The notes beneath the pieces are model-generated. The model saw only the letters and a program-made list of their open reading frames with translations. It did not search any database and was not told the origin of the DNA. A stretch of DNA of 64,000 nt from Bugula neritina (Eukaryota > Animalia > Bryozoa): NCBI GenBank assembly GCA_964035545.1, contig OZ037765.1:32177504-32241503 (forward strand), written 5' to 3'. A program made the position numbers and the translations under genes. Positions within the stretch are counted from its first letter, which is position 1; each line of letters opens with the position of its first letter. Of this stretch, positions 54,640-64,000 are shown piece by piece.

Positions 54640-55175
54640 TGCTGCAGTTACAGACAATGGAGGTAAGTGGAAGACAAAGTACTCCAGTCTCCCTCTATTC
54701 ACTGTAACAATATACCAGATTCAAACACACAATGAAACAGAGTCTCCTATTGGATAGAAACTGCAGCCCTACTGTTTGAAATATGAATAGACAGTTTAAT
54801 ATTCTATATAGGTGCAGAGTAACAAATTTCTCAAATAGTTTGAGTTCTAACAGATTTAGTAGCATGGTAAATTGTTTGTTTGGTAAATAAAGCCACTGCA
54901 CTTCAAATTAAAAGGCTAAACCAAAATGATATACTTAAGCTAAGCAGATATCTTTTTACCAACAAAGTTTCCTTGTTGAAACAGGATCTGATGCTATGTT
55001 TAAGAGTAAGTGCCAAGCTGCAGTTCTTGTTGAATACAACTTTCCAGGTAACTGGTTATGCATGGAGTTACTCTGTAAGTCCTCGATGCTATTGTTTAGT
55101 TTAGGGTTTGCTCTATTGTTTAAAGAGAAAGGGGCCAGCAATATAAACATATATTAGAACCCAACCTGCAACTGT
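54640..55175. repeat. Copy 1 of a ~520-bp local direct duplication
   Basis: Colinear similarity to 57125-57635, e.g. shared GACAAAGTACTCCAGTCTCCCTCTAT and CAGTTCTTGTTGAATACAACTTTCCA. Confidence 0.9.
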
Positions 55176-56036
55176 GACATTTTAGCCCCAGGTCCAGCTA
55201 TAAATGCTACTTTTGATTTCTAGACGTAGAATAATTTCTGAAGTAAGAGTCAGTAGCTACTACTGCATCAAGTTGCAGTTAATATAAGTAGAGGCACAAA
55301 TGCTTATATTCATCTATCAACATGTTTTTTGTTAAATTATAATAAAAAACTAGCTGTTGATATGTCCATTTTCTCTGAAAACTGTTATAATGGTCTCTGC
55401 CTTCACTGTTGATTGCTATTGTCAAATCACCCATTGTGATTCAATACATCTGATCCAGGGCTTCCAAAGTTTTAGATATACGTAATAAACTATGAAAAGA
55501 CCTAATAAATGAACGTTAACAATGTAAAGAAAAATATATAAAGCAATTTTGTATATACTGTCATTTGGCTAGTAGTGACAGTTTCTTTCTAGCTTTAACT
55601 GCTGCCTATCAACATTTCAATGTAGCTGCTTCAAAGACATGAAAAATTGCCTATACTGTCTACACTCGACAGCATATAATATCATAGCAGCAGTGTGGGC
55701 AGGATGACTTCCCTGTTCCTATAACATGCTCATTTACTAAAGTGCAAGAGAACGGAAAATGGTTTTTATATATAATTGAGTTTAGAGCAAGCATACGTTT
55801 GTTAGTACATAAATTACCAATATACAGATAATCAACTAAAGGTATTAAAAAGTTGCAATGCATGATTGCAAGATTCAAATGAAGTGATTGTGCAATGAGC
55901 AACAAGCTACTATCATGCAGGAACAACTGTTAGTTTGCCAATAAAATTGTCATTGTGTTTACATAGTGACATTTCTAACTGCTCAGCAATTTTATCCAGT
56001 CATAAATTATTATAATCAACAGCTCATGCCTACAAA

Positions 56037-57044
56037 CCCCCTGTTCACACATTGCCTTATCGTACTCCGTAACAGCACAAACAAAATGGCGCCGCTGGTA
56101 CATTTTGTCAACAGGCGCTCACACACTGACAGAAAGTGACCAATCATAATAAGGCTAATTCTTGTCTGCGGTGACTTGTACACCTTAGGATATTATTCAC
56201 AAATTATTTGCAACATTCTTTTCAAAAGATGTTATATAAATGCTATTGACTAAATAAAAGCAATTAAAAGGAAACAATCTCTTTTTTAAATATATGTGTC
56301 CTTAAAATAATTGTGCAAACTAATTTGAATAATAAATATATTAGCCGTCCAAATAATTTGTAAGTTTTTGGTTTGCGTGCTTTTGTGATTAGGGAAAGCT
56401 AGATTTTTAAGCTGAGTTTAATTTAAACAAGCCGGATAAAGATTTTTTAATCCTTTAAAACTTTTAAATTGGTTCAATTAAATCAACAATAAGCCTAGGG
56501 CCACACGGTGCGTATTTTCGCATGCGAAAATTGAAATCACAAGTAGCAAAGGTGTCCACTGTGCGCGTTGAGAAAACCTTCGCACTTGTCGCTCAGCATT
56601 TTCAACGCAAGTGCGAATCGTCTCTGTAGTCGTCACCTAATTAGCTGACAGTTATTCAGCGAGCCCAATTTCTTTATTTAGTGCTATATTCCAGCAAATT
56701 GCGTTTTATTGAAAGCGAGTGCGATTTAAAAATGAAAGCTTTATTTATCACGCATCACTGACGCTACAGTGGACACCTTTGCTACTTGTGATTTTAATTT
56801 TCGCATGCGAAAATACGCACAGTGTGGCCCTAGGCTAAGCGATTAAAATAAACTAGGGAAAATGTTCTTTAAATTTTAGTACCAGATCAACTCTACTCAA
56901 TGGGAACCTGCCGTGATTTTTTGAATCAAGCGCTGCTTGATCAACCCCGCAGCGTATACAGGGGTATGATTCAGCCCGGGTGTTACCAAGGATGGCGGAA
57001 ATTTGCTGTTATGGTGTACGGTACGGCAATGTGCAAACAGGGCG
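56037..57044. mobile_element. Older PIF/Harbinger-like MITE hosting a nested MITE
   Basis: Imperfect ~40-bp TIRs CCCCCTGTTCACACATTGCCTTATCGTACTCCGTAACAGCA / TGCTGTTATGGTGTACGGTACGGCAATGTGCAAACAGGGCG; flanks AAA / TAA. Confidence 0.65.
56493..56835. mobile_element. PIF/Harbinger (Tourist-type) MITE, 343 bp
   Basis: Near-perfect ~69-bp TIRs starting GCCTAGGGCCACAC, with TAA target duplication (56490-56492, 56836-56838). Confidence 0.88.
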
Positions 57045-57124
57045 TAATAGCAACATTTTTTGGTTTTGTCTAGAAAGATGAATCTTTACAGAACAAGATA
57101 TTATTACTTGTTTTGGATTTAGTT

Positions 57125-57635
57125 ACGAACAACGGAGGTAACTGGATGACAAAGTACTCCAGTCTCCCTCTATACACTGTAACAATATACCAGATTCACA
57201 CACAATGAAACAGAGTCTCCTATTGGATAGAAACTGCAGCCCTACTTTTTGAAATATGAACAAACAGTCTAATATTCCAAGGTGGGTGCAGAGTAACAGA
57301 TTTCTCAAATAGTTTGAGTTCTAACAGATTTGGTAGCATGAGAAGATGTTTATTTAGTAAATAAAGCAATGGCACTCCAAATTAAAAGACTAAACCAAAA
57401 TTATATACTTAAGCTAAGCAGATATCGGCATTTTTTACCAACAAAATTTCCTTGTTGAAATTGGATATGGTGCTACATAAGAATAGGCTCAGAGTTTCAG
57501 TTCTTGTTGAATACAACTTTCCATGTAACAGGCTCTCGATGGAGTCACTCTGTAAGTACGTGATGTTATTCTTTAGTCTGGAGTTTCCTCTATTGTTAGG
57601 GGAGGGCTCAGTGTACTCGACCCAACCTGCAACTG
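57125..57635. repeat. Copy 2 of the ~520-bp local direct duplication
   Basis: Matches 54640-55175 with substitutions and indels. Confidence 0.9.
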
Positions 57636-57775
57636 CATCCTTGCAGGTTGAATTCAGGCTAACATAACTTCAGATTACCAGGCACCAGTATGGCTTGATA
57701 ATGTTCATTATTTTAGAGTCACCATCTTTACTCTTTGCTGGCCATGGTGGCTGACTGTGAAAGCCACTAAAATAT

Positions 57776-60350
<2,575 letters not shown>

Positions 60351-62789
60351 CTAAAATATAATTAATTTTTATATAACTATATAATTATATAACTATATAT
60401 GACTCATTTCTATATAACTATATATCTTAATATAATTAATCTCTATATAACTATAGTTCAATGATCAAAGCCTCCGTAAATCACAAAACTATCATTAGTT
60501 ACAACATATTGGTTGATTTACCATACAATAGAAGATGATAGTTTTACAACTCTTTGTAGAATGTTTACAGTCCACCAGTGTGTTTCATAAGTGTTTTCTT
60601 CATACCAATAGCATTGCTATTTCACTCGATGTTTTTCCCATTTAATACAACAGCCTAAATGCAATAATAAAGTTCAAGCTTCCACTAATGGCTTCTACTG
60701 GGGTGGGAAATGTGCATTGCCAAGCAGACGTGGCTGTAAAGTTACTTACACAAGCTGCTATGTAAGTCGCTATCTGGGACACTCTTCTATGACCTCTAGG
60801 AGGAAATGAAGGCTAATCTTATGCCAAAATTCTACCACATCGTATTATGAATCAACTAAGATTCATTGTTTTTCATCAGAAACTGATGTATTCTTACTTT
60901 ATAAATACAGATGGAACCTTGCTGTAAGACAATTAGTTTGTCTCAATATCAGTTCATTAGTATATTAATACAAAGCTCCCTCAGTATCTCACTAAACTAC
61001 CTGCCCCGAAACCTCATTTTGTAACATAGTAGAATACCAGATTTGACTTACAGATCCAGTTAAAGTCGGCCATTTTGTCCCTTACACATATACATAAGCC
61101 GCAAAACGGAGGTCCAAGCCCTTCTCCAGAACTATGGAAGTTTGTGAGAACTGGATACTTGAGATATGGAGGGAACACTGTCTTTATATTGTCGCCGCCC
61201 ACCTGGTGGAATGACCTACTCAATGCAGTCTTTTATCAACTCATACATTATCTAAGATCAGTTATTTATTCAAACTGAATATGAAAATTATGTAACAAAG
61301 AAACTAGCCTCCTTTCCAGATCAAACAGTCTTGTCTCAACCAAATTCCAAACCAGCATGAGAGAGCCAAAGCTAGGAAACTCTTTGCACCAAATTTTGAC
61401 TGTACTGAATTTGCCAGTTGGTTTTCAAATATATTTTTAGAGCTATGTAGGTATTTTGGCTAGTCAGTAGCTAAAAATTCAATTGCCTTGTTACCAAATC
61501 TCCAGACTAAATGGATAAGCTGAAACAAGTCAGCTAACACTAAAACCTGTTAGTATACGAAAACATAAAAATTTGCTAACTTTTTCTTCGAGGCACACTA
61601 TTTGCTCTAACCCACACTCTTTTCATAACAAATATGTTATTAATATAACATTTAATTCCAGCTATCACAGTTACTGCTAGATAAATACTATTATATGAAT
61701 CACTTAAATTTTCTCCTCCTGCACCTGTCCAAATATTAGCAAATATTATCTATTCCTAAAAGATTGTTTGTATAAACAAACCAAGAGTTCTATTGAAATC
61801 CAAATAACATATTATGTTTTCAATGGAACACAATTTCTAGATCTTTTACTCTATACTTAAAGAGAAAATGTAGTTATGGCAGTGCAGCAAAAGTGCGATA
61901 GTGGAGACATTTTTATAACCCAATTTTTTTTTATTAACACATTTGATTTAGTGAGCACGCCAAAATTCTTTCAGAAACCTGAGTTAAATAAATACTTACC
62001 TTTTGTGTATAATAGTCTGAAGTAGATGTTTTTGTTATGGTAAATTTTTGAAACCTTGAAATTTTGTTTCTTCATAATTTCAACAAATGGAATTCATTAA
62101 GTCAGGGGAAAAATATTTTTATCCTTGTAATTCTATTGGCTCTGAATAGAAAGTCAGTGCAGCTGTCATCTGTTGCTGCTTTGATTACCTGGGATACTGA
62201 ATACATACCCACAATGCAGCTAGGAAATAGCGCACATGCTTGCAGCTTATTGCAGCAAATTCCAACCATTTGAAATTTCTAAAACCAATACATAAGTTTA
62301 TTGTTCACGTAGAATTACAGTATAGTTATTGTTCTTTCAACACTATTTGAAGCATCTATGGCTTATAGAATTCACTGATGATGATATATTAATTCACGCT
62401 GTTACTGCTACACCCATCTGCTGTGTAATAAAATATAGTCAGTGTTGAATCTGCAAATGTGGCTTTTTGCGTAAAAAGAAGCTGATTGGCTGTGCATGTC
62501 ATGTTTTCAGTGCCAGCTGACTGAGGAATGAGGAAAAGTCAGCATAATTCAAAGCAGCTTCTTGGCAAGATACACTGTAGAAGAAATTCTAAACTCTACG
62601 GGGAATACCTTATTGCACTGTTTAAGAAATCAATATGAGCCATGTGATTATTTTATTAAAGTGCCTGGTTTACATTTCCTGCATTTGCTGTTACAGCCCA
62701 TCATCTTCACTGTAATATACTAAACAGTTGCAACCTATAAGTTATAATATTACAGATGTTAACAGATGTAGTATTGAGGTTACCTAGTG

Positions 62790-62861
62790 GTCTCCGTGGT
62801 GTAATGGTTATAGCACACTTGCTTGCAAGCCAAAGATCTCTGTTCGATTTCCAGTGGGGGC
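62790..62861 (+). pseudogene. Second, more diverged copy of the tRNA-derived repeat
   Basis: TGGTGTAATGG A-box, GCTTGCAAG loop, degenerate B-box GTTCGATTTCC, CCAGTGGGGG end; colinear with 13246-13316. Confidence 0.65.
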
Positions 62862-64000
62862 AATTATTTTTCAGTAGACATCACTTTTTCAAACAAACTA
62901 TTATTCTCATTAAATGTAGCAATAGATGGCGGAATGTAGATTGGCTGTATAGATACTGATAACGTCCAATGAATTTAAAATAGGTCAGTTTTTGAACCGC
63001 CAATATTTCCCACTATTCATCATTAGCTTATTTTAATGTAAATTGATGCTTTTTTGGTCTGGAACTAGGGTTCATCATAAAGTACATGTTCTGAAGTTGT
63101 AAGAACATGATATAAATGTTATGAGTCATGCATGTTTCATAACATTCAATATATAACCTGCTCAAAATGATAAAATCAAAATATGCAGCTCTTTAAGTAC
63201 AAATATTTTAGTGAAATTTAACTTCAAATTCCATGCCAAATACAAATTGTTAATAATGGATTTGCATTAAACTAATAGCTGTGTAAGGTAACGTACTTGC
63301 CATATGTGCAATTATATTACACTTTGTGAAAAATTTGAGCTTTACAGTGTTAATACTATAGCACAGCAGGTTAGTATGAAGTTACAAGCCAAAGTTGGCA
63401 CAAAAAGTCTTCAAACGATTAAAAAGAACTGATCAATAAGTAAAATATGTATAAGCTCGGTCCCAGCATCCTTGGTGGTTGTTTGTAGGACTAGGACTTT
63501 AACTTGGACTAATATTAATAGTAACAGATGGTGCTTTTGCAATAAAACTTACTAAACATGAGTGGAATGAGTTATGGGCCATTGATTAGAACTATTATAT
63601 ACAACTTAGAGATAATACATTGAAATATAAAATGGAGATTTTCCTAACTCCACACGGATATAAAAATATCACTTTCACTGTTGTAAGCATTGTTCCGCTT
63701 TTACTATAAGCTTCAAACTAACTTCTATGGGAATGCTCCAATAAAACAAGGCAACAGGAGTTGTGTGATCAACACATGCCAATTTCTTCTATGAAAGTTA
63801 AAATAGAATAACCAATATGAGTAGGTAGTAACAGGGGTGATTATCCAGCGTGGGCATGTAATGATATAAACATTAGCTTGTGCTGATTAGCCTAGTTCAA
63901 CCTATAGAATAATCATACTACTGCTGTAAAAGTGGAATATAGCAAATGCCAATATAAGGGAAGCCATTCACTGTTCCTTTACTTTAGCTTGCATTGAATT

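Overview
AT-rich, intron-containing animal (invertebrate-type) genomic DNA; no prokaryotic features. Five multi-exon genes could be built by hand from splice sites and conserved motifs: USPL1 (minus, 3' end runs off the window), FBXW8 (plus), GBA1 glucosylceramidase (plus), an L3MBTL-family MBT/C2HC/SAM gene (minus) and a GT31 beta-1,3-glycosyltransferase-like gene (plus). The GT31 protein is unusual: it appears to have an N-terminal signal peptide, a C-terminal membrane anchor and a degenerate DxD motif. Mobile DNA includes a 1.2-kb non-autonomous element with Polinton/Maverick hallmarks (AGTAGT termini, ~370-bp TIRs, 6-bp TSD), a 2.6-kb foldback element with a 9-bp TSD, nested Harbinger-type MITEs and two tRNA-derived repeats. 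Two window-wide patterns stand out. First, degenerate 3/6-bp periodic AGT/ACT-rich tracts flank the 5' ends of all five genes. Second, many tandem repeats start at, and copy, splice junctions. Exon coordinates were read by eye and need RNA-seq confirmation.
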